A stretch of DNA of 64,000 nucleotides from a bacterium (GTDB taxonomy: Bacteria; Patescibacteriota; Minisyncoccia; Phycocordibacterales; UBA6065): NCBI GenBank assembly GCA_030680695.1, contig JAUXUT010000149.1:103801-167800 (forward strand), given 5' to 3'. Below are positions 38,863-49,062 of this stretch, piece by piece. The notes beneath the pieces were generated by a model. It worked only from the letters and a program-made list of their open reading frames with translations, was not told where the DNA came from and did not search any database. Positions within the stretch are counted from its first letter, which is position 1, and every line of letters begins with the position of its first letter. A program made the position numbers and the translations under genes.

Positions 38863-40236
38863 ATGTCTAATCGATCACCTTGGATACACCAGCTTAACAA
38901 CGACCGAAAAGTAGTACCTCTCAAAGAGGACATCGAGACTGATGTGGCAATCATCGGAGCCGGTATCGCCGGTATATCCACTGCCTTTTTCGTGCTCAAG
39001 CACACAGACAAGAAGGTGGCCATGATCGAGAAGGGCAAGTTCGCTCACGGTGCCACAGGACATAACGCGGGCCAAATCGCAAGCTATTTCGAGCGTCCGT
39101 TCCATGAGCTTGCCGAAGAATTCGGTCTTGAAAAGGCGGCCAAGGCCCAAGTCGCTATCGAGACTTCGTGGCAGCTTCTCGATGAGATGTATACAGAGGC
39201 GGGCCTCTCGATTCCTATATCTCGATTCATGGGACAAGCAGGATTCACCACAGGCGATCAGGTACTGCGCCATTTGAAGGATAATTTTTATCGCCGGAAA
39301 GCATGTATAAGAACAGAGGGTTTTAAAATATCCAATAACGCGCCATTTCTCGATTCTATACCGGCAGAATATGATGGATTGTACAGCCTTGTACCACATG
39401 AAGAGGTTCTTAAGGATCTCCAGACCATGAACAGGGAATATATCGCCACGCTTTCATATCAGAAGGGATGTCTAAATTCGGCACTATTCTGTCAGGAAAT
39501 CATTTCTCATCTTAAAAAGACATACCCAGAACGTTTCGCTCTTTACGAGCACACTGCCATATCGAAGGCTGTGCTGCATGAAGGCAGGGCGATTCTTGAT
39601 GCCGGCAAGCATACCGTGGTCGCTCAGCGCGTCGCTCTCTGTACTAATGGTTTTGAGGGAGTGAACATTATTAACGAAGGTGGGCTCGCCGTGGACACCA
39701 AGTTCCATCACCTCGTAAAGGGCATGGTTGGATATATGTCGGCATATCTCGAGCCGATGAACAAATCAGCCATCGCTGTGAGTTATTTTCCGCCCAATCA
39801 TATCGACTCAAGCGACCCGTTTGACGAGGATCCATACTTTTATATGACTCGCAGACCATACGATTTTCCAGGCAACGATAACTCAAACCTTATCAGCGTG
39901 GGCGGACCGGAATTTCCCATGGAAAACCGTATCGAATACAACGCCGATCTCGACTACCCTGAGGATGCCAAGAAACGCATCAACTCTTTCGTGAAGTCGA
40001 CATATGACCCTGATCCGAACAAGAAGATCGATTATCAATTCACTTGGCACGGACTCATGGGTTACACACCATCTGGCGTTCGCTTGGTAGGTGAGGAACC
40101 TAAGAACCGGACCCTCATGTACAACCTTGGATGCAACGGTGTTGGTATCTTGCCTTCGATATATGGTGCGCGTCGCATTGCCGCGATAGTTTCTGGTGAG
40201 AAAGTCGAGCCGATGATATTTGATCCGAAGGCGTAG
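38863..40236 (+). CDS. FAD-dependent oxidoreductase (DAO/glycine oxidase-like family)
   Basis: DVAIIGAGIAGISTA Rossmann motif near the N-terminus, 457 aa. Confidence 0.7.
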   Translation: MSNRSPWIHQLNNDRKVVPLKEDIETDVAIIGAGIAGISTAFFVLKHTDKKVAMIEKGKFAHGATGHNAGQIASYFERPFHELAEEFGLEKAAKAQVAIETSWQLLDEMYTEAGLSIPISRFMGQAGFTTGDQVLRHLKDNFYRRKACIRTEGFKISNNAPFLDSIPAEYDGLYSLVPHEEVLKDLQTMNREYIATLSYQKGCLNSALFCQEIISHLKKTYPERFALYEHTAISKAVLHEGRAILDAGKHTVVAQRVALCTNGFEGVNIINEGGLAVDTKFHHLVKGMVGYMSAYLEPMNKSAIAVSYFPPNHIDSSDPFDEDPYFYMTRRPYDFPGNDNSNLISVGGPEFPMENRIEYNADLDYPEDAKKRINSFVKSTYDPDPNKKIDYQFTWHGLMGYTPSGVRLVGEEPKNRTLMYNLGCNGVGILPSIYGARRIAAIVSGEKVEPMIFDPKA

Positions 40237-40278
40237 GCAATGTGCAGGTAAGGTATTTCAAAAAGGCGGATAAGAAAA

Positions 40279-40310
40279 AGGCCCGGAACGAAAGTTCCGG
40301 GCCTTGTTTG
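40279..40310. terminator. Bidirectional rho-independent terminator
   Basis: aggcccggaac-gaaa-gttccgggcct with an A-run before and a T-rich tract after. Confidence 0.75.
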
Positions 40311-40312
40311 AA

Positions 40313-40753
40313 TTAGACCGCAAGACGTTGCCCGACGATGCTCTCGGGCAGAGCCTCGATGTCAGTGATTCGAACAATCGCATGCGTGCCACGGACCGAC
40401 ACGACGGCGAAGTCGCCGAACGTCTCGATCAAGGACACCTCATCGTAAATTTGAATATGCACCGTTTCGTCCGGTTTGCCGTCGAGCGGAACGTTAAGTT
40501 CTCGCAAGACAGAGTAGGGACGGGACGGACATTGTTGGACGCAACAGAGTGTCAGCGATTCGTCGATCAGGATTGAACGTTCTTCGACCTTGGTAGGGTC
40601 GAGCGCGTGCATCCTGCCGTCGTAGCTTCGCATCGTTAACGTGAGCCTCGTCATAGCCTTGAGTTTGACTTCGACGTGGTGGTCTCCGATCGCGATACAG
40701 TCCGCAATGACGCGGACGTTGATTGGGTGGGGCAGTTTGGTAAAACCTACCAT
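40313..40753 (-). CDS. Hypothetical protein (146 aa)
   Basis: ORF ends immediately at the terminator. No motif recognized. Confidence 0.35.
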   Translation of the reverse strand: MVGFTKLPHPINVRVIADCIAIGDHHVEVKLKAMTRLTLTMRSYDGRMHALDPTKVEERSILIDESLTLCCVQQCPSRPYSVLRELNVPLDGKPDETVHIQIYDEVSLIETFGDFAVVSVRGTHAIVRITDIEALPESIVGQRLAV

Positions 40754-41118
40754 AGGTTGTTTGGCGGGGTTGAAGGTTGAATCCGAAAGAACCGTTGAAA
40801 GAACAGCTTTGGGACTGATAGTTTGCTTTGCTGGGGCTGGTTAGTCAATTGTGGATAACGGACGAGGGAATAATATTGACATCATACAAATAGCGTTGCG
40901 CACTACAATTATGGTTTTAGGCTTGATTAGTGCCAGAAAAATAGCGCAGTTGCCGAATGTCTTTTACAAGATTTTTTAATACCTTGTCAAGGGGCAGGTT
41001 TCATAAAGGACAAATTATACGGCTATGAATATATGTCCTTTATAGTGTCCTTTAGACACCGTGAAATGCCGCTGATATAACTCCGTCATGTTTTGCAAGA
41101 TTTGACTAGAACTCAAAA

Positions 41119-43971
41119 GTGTTTAATGTGGGTTATACGAATCTTCATATGAACCGCTTCACCATAACTGTTGCCCGAGCCACGAAAAAGGCGCTCCTTG
41201 GAGCGTTGATGTTCGCGTCTGCGATCCTGCCATCCATACAGGCCTTCATGCCGACGGTGGTTTCTGCTGATACTGCAGTGGTTAACCAGGTCTTCGTGTT
41301 TGACCAGCCAAGGAGCGGCACCTTCGTTGTCCCTTCAAATGCGACATCGATTACGGTGCGTGCATGGGGCGCGGGCGGTAAGGGTGGTGATGGTACAACT
41401 ATCTCTGGGATCACCTATGCTGGCCAAGGTGGAGGTGCGGGCGGATTTGCGGCACAAACAGTCAATGTGACCGGCGGAGCCTCGTTTGGATACATTGTAG
41501 GGCAAGGAGGCACCAGTGCTGACCGTACTGGGGGCCAATCCTCATTTAATTCTATTGTTTCAGCTTCAGGAGGAAATGGGGGCGCGAATTGGGACGAGAT
41601 ATCAGGTAACGGCCCGACCAGCCCCCCTACTCCAACTGGAACAAATTGTTACTGGACTCATGTCAACGAAGAGACTGGTAACGAATATGGTGTGACTTGT
41701 CGTGATCTCAGTGCGGCAATGAAAGGTTTTTTTTCCTTCTTTTCAACGGCAGTCGCTTACGCGCAGGTTGTATTTGATGGCCGAGGCGGCGAAGGGCTTG
41801 TTGGTTCTGATCTCCACAACGGCGGTGATGCCGCGGCTGTCATAGCTGGCCCTAACTCTTCACCTACCGCGGGCGGTGCGAGCGCTCTCGGTGGACGCGC
41901 TCGAGGCGGAGACGGTTCTTCGAGCGGCACTGGCTCTAATGGAAATAACGGACGTATCGAAGTCATCATAACTTCGGTTGTAGGAAGCCCATCGGATGTT
42001 CGTCCAGATGGCCACCTCGATACCGCTTCGTGTTCAGCTATAACTGGCTGGGCATATGACCCAGATGACGCTACGGCCAATATACCAGTGCATTTCTATG
42101 CAGGAGGCCCTGCTGGTAGCGGCACGTTCATTGGAAGCGCTGTCGCCAATGTACCTCGTCCAGACGTGAACACAGCATTGGGTATACCAGGAGATCACGG
42201 TTTCATTTTCGATACCCCAAATAGTCTTAAGGATGGTGGAACACACCAGATTTACGCTTATGGCATAAATATTGTCGAGCTTATACCTACGAACAATTAT
42301 CTCCTTGCATCGACCACTCCAGTATTTGTGTCTGGTTGCCAGGGTGGGACGAGCAATGCTGTTCCCGTGGTTGTTTCAGTTACGGGCACAACTACTGGAT
42401 CGGTGAATGTTTCGTATGTATTCACAGCCACAGCTACTGATCCTGAGGGTCAGGACATCGAATACGGTTTTGATTGGAACAACAACGGCACCATAGAAGG
42501 TTCCGAGGGTTGGACCCCTGCTGTGACTTCAGGAACGCCAGCTTCACGCTCATTCTCATGGAGCATGCCTGGTGTTCAGAATTTTCAGGTGTTCGCACGT
42601 GATTCCCAGGGTGGTGTGTCCACAGCTTTCCCGTTCCAGATAACTATATCCGGAGGCTCGTCTAATATTGGTCTCACCCTGCTGAATACGACGGGTCTTT
42701 CGACGAGCGAGTCCGGAGGAACAGCAAACTTCGGTGTTGTTCTCAATTCAGCCCCTCTTGCAAACGTTACTTTGCCGGTTGTAAGCACTGACACGACAGA
42801 AGGAGTCGTTTCTACGCCTCTTCTTGTATTCACCCCTGCAAACTGGAATATCGCACAGTTTGTTACCGTGACAGGTGTTGACGACACCATTGTTGATGGC
42901 CCAATAGCATACAGTATCATTATTGGTGGTTCTTCCTCGGACGATATAAATTTCAATAATCTTCCTGTTCAGACTGTCAATCTCATCAATCATGACGATG
43001 ATAAAGCTCCTTCTACAGGAGGCAGTCGTGGTGGTTATCGTGGCGGCGGACCATGTTTTGGCTTCGGATGTCCAGTCCCGGTTGCAAGCACAACTCCTGA
43101 CATCATAATCATTATTGATGGTCCTGTTGTGGCTGGCCCTGTAACTTCTGTTACGCCGACCGTGCCAAAATACTGCCTTGTTGATGACTTTATAGCCGAT
43201 TATGCGCGAATAGGTGCATCAAACAACCCTAACGAGGTTAGGAAGATTCAGTATTTCCTTAATACATATGAGAACGCCGGTCTTCCTGTGGACGGTGAGT
43301 TCGGCGTATCTACAGAGGCTGCGGTGATGGCATTCCAGGCCAAGTACGCCGGATCAGTTCTTTCACCATGGGGAACGAATGTTCCTACTGGTATTGTTTA
43401 TATAACGACCCGTGCAGAGATGAATCGAATATACTGCGCGGACAACCCTAACTATAGGGACGGAGACCTATCGGACATTCTTGACGGTGTCCTTTACCCA
43501 CCGGCTAATCCTATCGATTTCGATGGCGTAATTGGCTCTACGGAGGCCACAAGCACCAATATAGCCGGTGTATTTGGGGCTATAACAGAGGATATTCTGA
43601 ATCTTCTACGGAACATACCGTGGTACCCACTACTCGTGATACTTCTTGTCCTTATAGGGGCAGGACTTATGACGCAAGGAATCATAAAGGACATATGGAA
43701 CAAGGATAATATCCTGTCCTTTACACAGGGATCCGCAACATTCGGTATAGGCTCTGTCCTTAATGTCCTTAACGTGGTGGCTTATATGATCAGCCCTGCT
43801 TGGCTCGCCGCTTACCTGGGTGTGGATATCTCATGGCTTCTTGTCCTTGTACTCATCAATCTCCTCGTGCTTGTCGCACTCCTTATCGTTACTCTTTTCG
43901 CGATTAATCGCAGACTTGCCAAGGGCGAGCCGGTAAGTGTGCCGAGCGTGCCCGTTCAGCCAATTAAATAA
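41119..43971 (+). CDS. Large surface protein: Gly-rich N-terminal domain, PKD domain, peptidoglycan-binding (PG_binding_1-like) domain and C-terminal TM anchors
   Basis: Signal-like N-terminus. GAGGKGGDG/GQGGGAGG Gly-rich region. PKD-like YVFTATATDPEGQDIEYGFDWNNNGT. PG-binding-like IQYFLNTYENAGLPVDGEFGVSTEAAVMAFQ. Two C-terminal hydrophobic helices. Confidence 0.6.
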   Translation: MFNVGYTNLHMNRFTITVARATKKALLGALMFASAILPSIQAFMPTVVSADTAVVNQVFVFDQPRSGTFVVPSNATSITVRAWGAGGKGGDGTTISGITYAGQGGGAGGFAAQTVNVTGGASFGYIVGQGGTSADRTGGQSSFNSIVSASGGNGGANWDEISGNGPTSPPTPTGTNCYWTHVNEETGNEYGVTCRDLSAAMKGFFSFFSTAVAYAQVVFDGRGGEGLVGSDLHNGGDAAAVIAGPNSSPTAGGASALGGRARGGDGSSSGTGSNGNNGRIEVIITSVVGSPSDVRPDGHLDTASCSAITGWAYDPDDATANIPVHFYAGGPAGSGTFIGSAVANVPRPDVNTALGIPGDHGFIFDTPNSLKDGGTHQIYAYGINIVELIPTNNYLLASTTPVFVSGCQGGTSNAVPVVVSVTGTTTGSVNVSYVFTATATDPEGQDIEYGFDWNNNGTIEGSEGWTPAVTSGTPASRSFSWSMPGVQNFQVFARDSQGGVSTAFPFQITISGGSSNIGLTLLNTTGLSTSESGGTANFGVVLNSAPLANVTLPVVSTDTTEGVVSTPLLVFTPANWNIAQFVTVTGVDDTIVDGPIAYSIIIGGSSSDDINFNNLPVQTVNLINHDDDKAPSTGGSRGGYRGGGPCFGFGCPVPVASTTPDIIIIIDGPVVAGPVTSVTPTVPKYCLVDDFIADYARIGASNNPNEVRKIQYFLNTYENAGLPVDGEFGVSTEAAVMAFQAKYAGSVLSPWGTNVPTGIVYITTRAEMNRIYCADNPNYRDGDLSDILDGVLYPPANPIDFDGVIGSTEATSTNIAGVFGAITEDILNLLRNIPWYPLLVILLVLIGAGLMTQGIIKDIWNKDNILSFTQGSATFGIGSVLNVLNVVAYMISPAWLAAYLGVDISWLLVLVLINLLVLVALLIVTLFAINRRLAKGEPVSVPSVPVQPIK

Positions 43972-44052
43972 TAAACGGATTTTCCGGCCGCGCACTGTGT
44001 CTTCACAGGGCGCGGCCTTTCCGTTTCTTTTATACTTGCGTATACTCTGAAC

Positions 44053-44439
44053 ATGGCAAAATACGCATCATGGATATTATCGGTCGGGGCGGTCGTGCTT
44101 ATTGTATTCGGTATGATTTGGTATGCTTCGAAACCAGGACAATATGACACGTTCGCTTCGTGCATCGCCGATAGTGGCGCGAAATTCTATGGAGCGTTCT
44201 GGTGTCAGCATTGCCAGGACCAGAAGGCAATCTTCGGAAAGTCCGCATCCAAGCTGCCTTACATTGAATGTGCTCAACCTTCAGGCAATGGTCAGCTGCA
44301 GGTGTGCATCGATGCAGATATCCAGAGTTATCCGACTTGGGATACACCCGAAGGCGATCGCTTGAAAGGTGTGCTTTCAATGGCACAGCTTGCTTCCATG
44401 ACGCAGTGCGTCTTGGAAAAGGATAGTGATAAACGATAA
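44053..44439 (+). CDS. Membrane-anchored thioredoxin-like protein (CxxC: WCQHC), of the VKOR/DsbB-associated Trx type
   Basis: N-terminal TM. FYGAFWCQHCQDQKAIFG...YIEC....C....YPTW pattern. Confidence 0.7.
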   Translation: MAKYASWILSVGAVVLIVFGMIWYASKPGQYDTFASCIADSGAKFYGAFWCQHCQDQKAIFGKSASKLPYIECAQPSGNGQLQVCIDADIQSYPTWDTPEGDRLKGVLSMAQLASMTQCVLEKDSDKR

Positions 44440-44453
44440 TCATTCGCATTTAT

Positions 44454-44996
44454 ATGGAACTCGCTGCATTTATGAACGGTCTCTGGAGCATCATGGCAAT
44501 CGTTGCTCAAGTGCTCGTCCTTTTTGGCATAATCGCCCTTGTATCGCCACGCGTACGCAGAACGGCGCCAGCTCAGTTTATGGGTAAGTGGGGAGTATGG
44601 ATTGCATTTATTGCCGCCACACTCGCAACTGTCGGCAGCCTGATATATTCGGATATTATCGGATATGATCCATGCAAGCTATGTTGGATCCAGCGCATAT
44701 TCATGTATCCGACCGCCATCGTTCTCGGACTCGCACTATGGAAAAGGGATGCCTCGGCGCGTTTGTATGGAATCGTATTTTCATCTCTTGGCGCGATTGT
44801 CGCGGCATACCACTATGTAAGCCAGCTTGGTTGGAATCCTCTTGATTTGGAATGCGCATCGGTAGGATATTCTGTGTCATGTGCAAAGGTTTTTGTTATG
44901 GAGTTCGGATATATAACGTTACCTGTCATGGCACTCTCGGCTTTCTTGCTCGCCATCGTGTCGCTTAGCCTCAACAGAGAATGGCCGATTCGATAG
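44454..44996 (+). CDS. DsbB family disulfide bond formation protein (BdbC-like)
   Basis: CKLCWIQRIFMYP motif, four TM helices, second Cys pair in the periplasmic loop. Confidence 0.75.
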   Translation: MELAAFMNGLWSIMAIVAQVLVLFGIIALVSPRVRRTAPAQFMGKWGVWIAFIAATLATVGSLIYSDIIGYDPCKLCWIQRIFMYPTAIVLGLALWKRDASARLYGIVFSSLGAIVAAYHYVSQLGWNPLDLECASVGYSVSCAKVFVMEFGYITLPVMALSAFLLAIVSLSLNREWPIR

Positions 44997-45466
44997 GACT
45001 AGCAGTCGCCATCGTATTGTTAGCACCGGCCATATTTATGGCGCTTATACCTATGTTGCCGGCGCTTGCGTATATGTTCCTCATAACGCTCGTCTATGCA
45101 TTTGTAGGAGGCTTTTCTGTGATAACTGGGGCGGAACTAGCCTTCCTTTTTGCGTTTGTTGTCGCATCGTTTATTGTGGACAACGTGGCAGGAATTCTAG
45201 GTGCGAAGTACGGCGGAGCGCATACCAAATCGCTCCTTTGGGGAATCTTTGGTAGTATCGTCGGCACGCTCGTTATGCCACCATTCGGTTCGCTCGTCGG
45301 ACTTTTTGTGGCGATATTCATCGCAGAGATTCATTATCAGAGAAAGGGAAATCATGCTGCCAAGGCCGCATCGGGTGCTTTGTTGGGTGCGGTTGCTGGA
45401 GTTGTTGTGAACGTGGTTCTTGCGATCGGTTTCCTGGGCACATTCATCTTTTTGGCCTTAAGGTAA
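44981..45466 (+). CDS. DUF456-like small integral membrane protein
   Basis: Highly hydrophobic 161 aa with AKYGGAHTKS motif. Confidence 0.4.
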   Translation: MADSIGLAVAIVLLAPAIFMALIPMLPALAYMFLITLVYAFVGGFSVITGAELAFLFAFVVASFIVDNVAGILGAKYGGAHTKSLLWGIFGSIVGTLVMPPFGSLVGLFVAIFIAEIHYQRKGNHAAKAASGALLGAVAGVVVNVVLAIGFLGTFIFLALR

Positions 45467-45498
45467 GGGGATTTTTAGACGTGGTATCATAGGGATAT

Positions 45499-46254
45499 AT
45501 GAACAACTCTATGCATCCAATCTCAAAACTAGTAATCGGGTTTGTCGTTATAGGACTCCTTGTATATGGTTTTTTGGCCTTTGATATTGGTCGGTCTGCA
45601 GAAGTCACCGATTATGAGTCGTGTGTCGCGGCAGGGTTTCCGATCATGGAATCCTATCCAGAAAAGTGTGCAGACGGTGAAGGCAACACATATACTCGCA
45701 TTATTGGGGAACCTGCAATTGAAGACATGATATCTGTCGCCGTCCCGACATCCGGCGCAACCATATCGTCGCCTGTTTCCGTGAGCGGTATCGCCCGCGG
45801 AAACTGGTATTTCGAGGCGTCTTTCCCGGTAGAGATCATTGATGATAGGGGCAACCTTCTCGGCATTGCACCGGCCCAGGCAGAGGGCGAGTGGATGACC
45901 ACAGAATTTGTGCCGTTTAAGGCGACCATATCGTTTTCTGCACCAACAACCACGACATCAGGGTTTGTTCGTTTCAAGAAAGATAACCCGAGCGGCCTCC
46001 CGGAGTACGATATGCACATAGATGTACCAGTTATGTTCAGGCAAGCCGGCGGCACAGCGACCACTACGTCTGCCGCGTGCCGTCCTACGGGCTGCAGCAG
46101 CCAGATTTGTTCGGATCAGGACGTGGCGAGCACCTGCGAATACCGTGAGGCCTATGCATGTTACAAGACCGCGGAATGCAAGCGCCAGGCGAGCGGCCAG
46201 TGTGGGTGGATACAGACCACGGCCCTTGCCCAGTGCTTGTCGGCCGCTAATTAG
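45499..46254 (+). CDS. Gmad2 Ig-like domain protein with C-terminal eight-Cys module
   Basis: ISSPVSVSGIARGNWYFEASFPVEIIDDRGNLLG...AEGEWMT..FVPF matches Gmad2. C-terminus is CRPTGCSSQIC...C..C...C...C. Confidence 0.6.
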   Translation: MNNSMHPISKLVIGFVVIGLLVYGFLAFDIGRSAEVTDYESCVAAGFPIMESYPEKCADGEGNTYTRIIGEPAIEDMISVAVPTSGATISSPVSVSGIARGNWYFEASFPVEIIDDRGNLLGIAPAQAEGEWMTTEFVPFKATISFSAPTTTTSGFVRFKKDNPSGLPEYDMHIDVPVMFRQAGGTATTTSAACRPTGCSSQICSDQDVASTCEYREAYACYKTAECKRQASGQCGWIQTTALAQCLSAAN

Positions 46255-46281
46255 GTAATATGTATAGGTAAGAAATAAACA

Positions 46282-46587
46282 ATGCCAAACGAATCCCTCA
46301 TCCACGCAGACGCTTTCTTCTTCATATCGACCATCGCACTTGTTGTGATATCGATCGGCATAGCAGTCGCCCTGTATTACCTCATCAAAATCCTGCGCAA
46401 CGCCCGTGACGTATCAGACCGCATCAAGGCCGAGAGCGCCGAAATTGTAACAGATGTACGGAAATTGCGGGCAGTGCTCAAGGAAGAGGGCGTCAAATGG
46501 AAGACCATCGCTCAACTTATCCGCTCGTTCTTTATGAGGGGTTCACAAAAAAAGACGTCAAAGAAGAAGGCCGAGACCACTGAATAG
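46282..46587 (+). CDS. Small membrane hypothetical protein
   Basis: One TM helix then a charged coiled region. 101 aa. Confidence 0.35.
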   Translation: MPNESLIHADAFFFISTIALVVISIGIAVALYYLIKILRNARDVSDRIKAESAEIVTDVRKLRAVLKEEGVKWKTIAQLIRSFFMRGSQKKTSKKKAETTE

Positions 46588-46638
46588 GCGCAGTAGTAAG
46601 TACCGGGGCAGTTTTATACCCATAATTCAACAACCATC

Positions 46639-47046
46639 ATGGCAGACAAAAAGAAGGGCGCACCAGTAGGTGCCATAGCAGCAGGAATAGCAGCAGTGTC
46701 AGCGGCGGCAATCGGCGCATATTATCTGTATGGCCACAAGGACGCCAAGAAGCATCGAACGACGGTGAAGGGATGGATGCTCAAAGCTAAGGGCGAGGTG
46801 TTAGAAGAGCTTGAGAAAGTAAAGGATGTGTCAGAATCGACATATGCAAGCGCAGTAGATGCCGTGGCCAAGAAATATCATCAGCTCAAGCAGGTTGATC
46901 CAGCAGAGCTCGAGATATTCATAAGAGAAATGCGAGACCACTGGGACGGAATACGCAGGACCGTATCAAAGACCAGCAAGAAGCCAAAGGCCACTGCGGC
47001 GAAGAAGCCAGCAAAGAAGGGCACCAAGAAGGCATCTAAGAAATAA
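46639..47046 (+). CDS. Hypothetical protein with Lys-rich (histone H1-like) C-terminal tail
   Basis: N-terminal hydrophobic helix. C-terminal KKPKATAAKKPAKKGTKKASKK. Confidence 0.4.
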   Translation: MADKKKGAPVGAIAAGIAAVSAAAIGAYYLYGHKDAKKHRTTVKGWMLKAKGEVLEELEKVKDVSESTYASAVDAVAKKYHQLKQVDPAELEIFIREMRDHWDGIRRTVSKTSKKPKATAAKKPAKKGTKKASKK

Positions 47047-47047
47047 A

Positions 47048-47806
47048 GTGAAGACTTCCTGGGGCAATGTCGCGAATTGGTATGATGGCGTCGTAAACGA
47101 CGAGGACTCGTATCAGAACAAGATCCTCTTGCCGAATATTTTGCGCATTGTTGAACCGGCCAAGGGCAAGACTTTGCTCGATATCGCTTGCGGCCAAGGA
47201 TTTTTCTCGCACGCAATGGCAGCCAAAGGTGCACGGGTTTTCGGCATAGACATATCGCCGGAACTTGTTGAAATCGCGACGAAACATGCTGGGCATGCCG
47301 AGGAATTCCACACAATGTCGGCCGAAGACATAGGTAAGCTTAAGACCGCTTCGTTTGACGCTGCATTTTCAGTGCTCGCCATTCAGAATATCGAGCACAT
47401 GGCCAAGGCCTTCAAAGAAGCATCGCGTGTATTAAAGCCCGGCGGCAAGCTCGTCCTCGTCCTTAATCACCCAGCATTTCGCATACCAGGAAAATCGGCA
47501 TGGGGTAACGATGATGCAGCTGGGGTTCAATATCGCCGCGTGGACGAATATCTTTCGGAATCTCGTAAAGATATGGACATGAATCCCGCTAATCCCGGCA
47601 AAGAAATGACCGTGTCGTTCCACCGCCCGCTTCAGGCGTATTCAAAATCGCTCGCCAATGCAGGATTTTCGATAGCTCGCATCGAGGAGTGGACTTCTCA
47701 CAAGGAAAGCCAGAAAGGTCCGCACAAGATTGTAGAGGACCGGGCAAGGAAGGAGATACCTCTGTTTATGTGTTTGGAGTGTGTAAAGGTGGCGTCACAC
47801 GCATAA
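47048..47806 (+). CDS. Class I SAM-dependent methyltransferase
   Basis: LLDIACGQGFFS motif I, motif II context, VLKPGGKLV. Confidence 0.8.
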   Translation: MKTSWGNVANWYDGVVNDEDSYQNKILLPNILRIVEPAKGKTLLDIACGQGFFSHAMAAKGARVFGIDISPELVEIATKHAGHAEEFHTMSAEDIGKLKTASFDAAFSVLAIQNIEHMAKAFKEASRVLKPGGKLVLVLNHPAFRIPGKSAWGNDDAAGVQYRRVDEYLSESRKDMDMNPANPGKEMTVSFHRPLQAYSKSLANAGFSIARIEEWTSHKESQKGPHKIVEDRARKEIPLFMCLECVKVASHA

Positions 47807-47977
47807 ATAAAAAAGCGCCCGTAAGGGCGGCGTGGTCTTTATCGTCTTTATCTTGTAATTATACACCCGCACTTGCCTTTTGTCAAGCGCAGCACTTCTT
47901 TTTTCAGAAGGCGATATTGTATAATCCTTTATCTTTTCTTTATCTCGTTTTTGGGCCCAGATTGATAGAATGTCTCC

Positions 47978-48736
47978 ATGAATACGAGATACACTATCAA
48001 AAATCACGACCTCTTGATGACAACCCATCCACATGGAGTTCATCAGGGCGAACGGCAGTATGTTTATAAGCTCCGTGACCTCCCAGAGGCCGATAAACCG
48101 CGAGAAAAGCTCATTGCGCACGGTCCAGCCATGCTTTCCTTGGTCGAACTGGTGGCGATCATTTTGAATACAGGAACGGTCAAGGAAGATGTTATGACGA
48201 TGGCATCGCGCATGATACGCGAGTATGGCGAGAAAAGTTTTGCTTCTTTTGATGATCCGAAGAAAATATCCGACGACCTTGGGATACCTATGGGTAAGGC
48301 GTGTCAAATCGTCGCATCGAGCGAACTCGGTCGTAGGTTCTTCAAACGTCCTGGCGGCAGGAGCGTCAGCGTCCGCAATGCCAAAGATGTGTCGGCATAT
48401 GTAGCTGATATGCATGGTTTGCCCAAGGAATACTTGCGCGGCATATATTTGAACGGCCATCATCGCGTAATTCATGACGAAGTGTTGTCCATGGGGACGA
48501 TTGATGCAAATATTGTTCATCCACGCGAGGTGTTCAAGCCCGCCATCGAATACGGGGCAGCCGCGATTATTCTCGTTCATAATCATCCGTCGGGCGTTAT
48601 CACACCTTCGGCTGCTGATGTCGAGATAACTCAACAGATAGTTGAGGCGGGCAAGATTATCGGCATATCAGTTATTGACCACGTTGTCGTGGGTAAAGGA
48701 AAGTACGCCAGTGTCCCTGCAGTTTACGAACATTAA
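47978..48736 (+). CDS. radC: RadC-like JAB/MPN domain protein
   Basis: HNHPSG...PSAAD JAMM-like motif, N-terminal HhH-like region. Confidence 0.85.
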   Translation: MNTRYTIKNHDLLMTTHPHGVHQGERQYVYKLRDLPEADKPREKLIAHGPAMLSLVELVAIILNTGTVKEDVMTMASRMIREYGEKSFASFDDPKKISDDLGIPMGKACQIVASSELGRRFFKRPGGRSVSVRNAKDVSAYVADMHGLPKEYLRGIYLNGHHRVIHDEVLSMGTIDANIVHPREVFKPAIEYGAAAIILVHNHPSGVITPSAADVEITQQIVEAGKIIGISVIDHVVVGKGKYASVPAVYEH

Positions 48737-48750
48737 TTTAATAACCATTC

Positions 48751-49047
48751 ATGACAACGAAAATGACAACAAAAATAGCGACAAGAACATATCGGAAATG
48801 GACCGTTCCTTCCGTATATCTTTTCAGGGACCAGCCAGATATAGATCAGTCTATACAAGGAAACCATTTCAATAATATGTCCGCTTTGTTTCTACGTAGG
48901 TTCGCCAAAATGTATGCAGCGGGTGGCATATCGCAAGACGAACGGGCACGCATACGCCGACAACTCGAACGAGTTTTTGACGCCTATGACGCACTTTATC
49001 CAATCGAACCAGAGGGAGGCATGTATTTGCGCGGCGCAGACCGTTAA
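48751..49047 (+). CDS. Hypothetical protein
   Basis: 98-aa ORF downstream of radC. No motif. Confidence 0.25.
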   Translation: MTTKMTTKIATRTYRKWTVPSVYLFRDQPDIDQSIQGNHFNNMSALFLRRFAKMYAAGGISQDERARIRRQLERVFDAYDALYPIEPEGGMYLRGADR

Positions 49048-49062
49048 ACGCCCATCTTGATT

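Noticed and set aside
40313-40753. PilZ or c-di-GMP-binding assignment for the 146-aa protein next to the surface-protein gene
   Set aside because: No RxxxR or D/NxSxxG motifs. Left as hypothetical.
47795-48634. 279-aa minus-strand ORF antisense to radC
   Set aside because: The radC plus frame has the JAB/MPN HNHPSG motif. The antisense frame has no motifs and runs into the methyltransferase gene.
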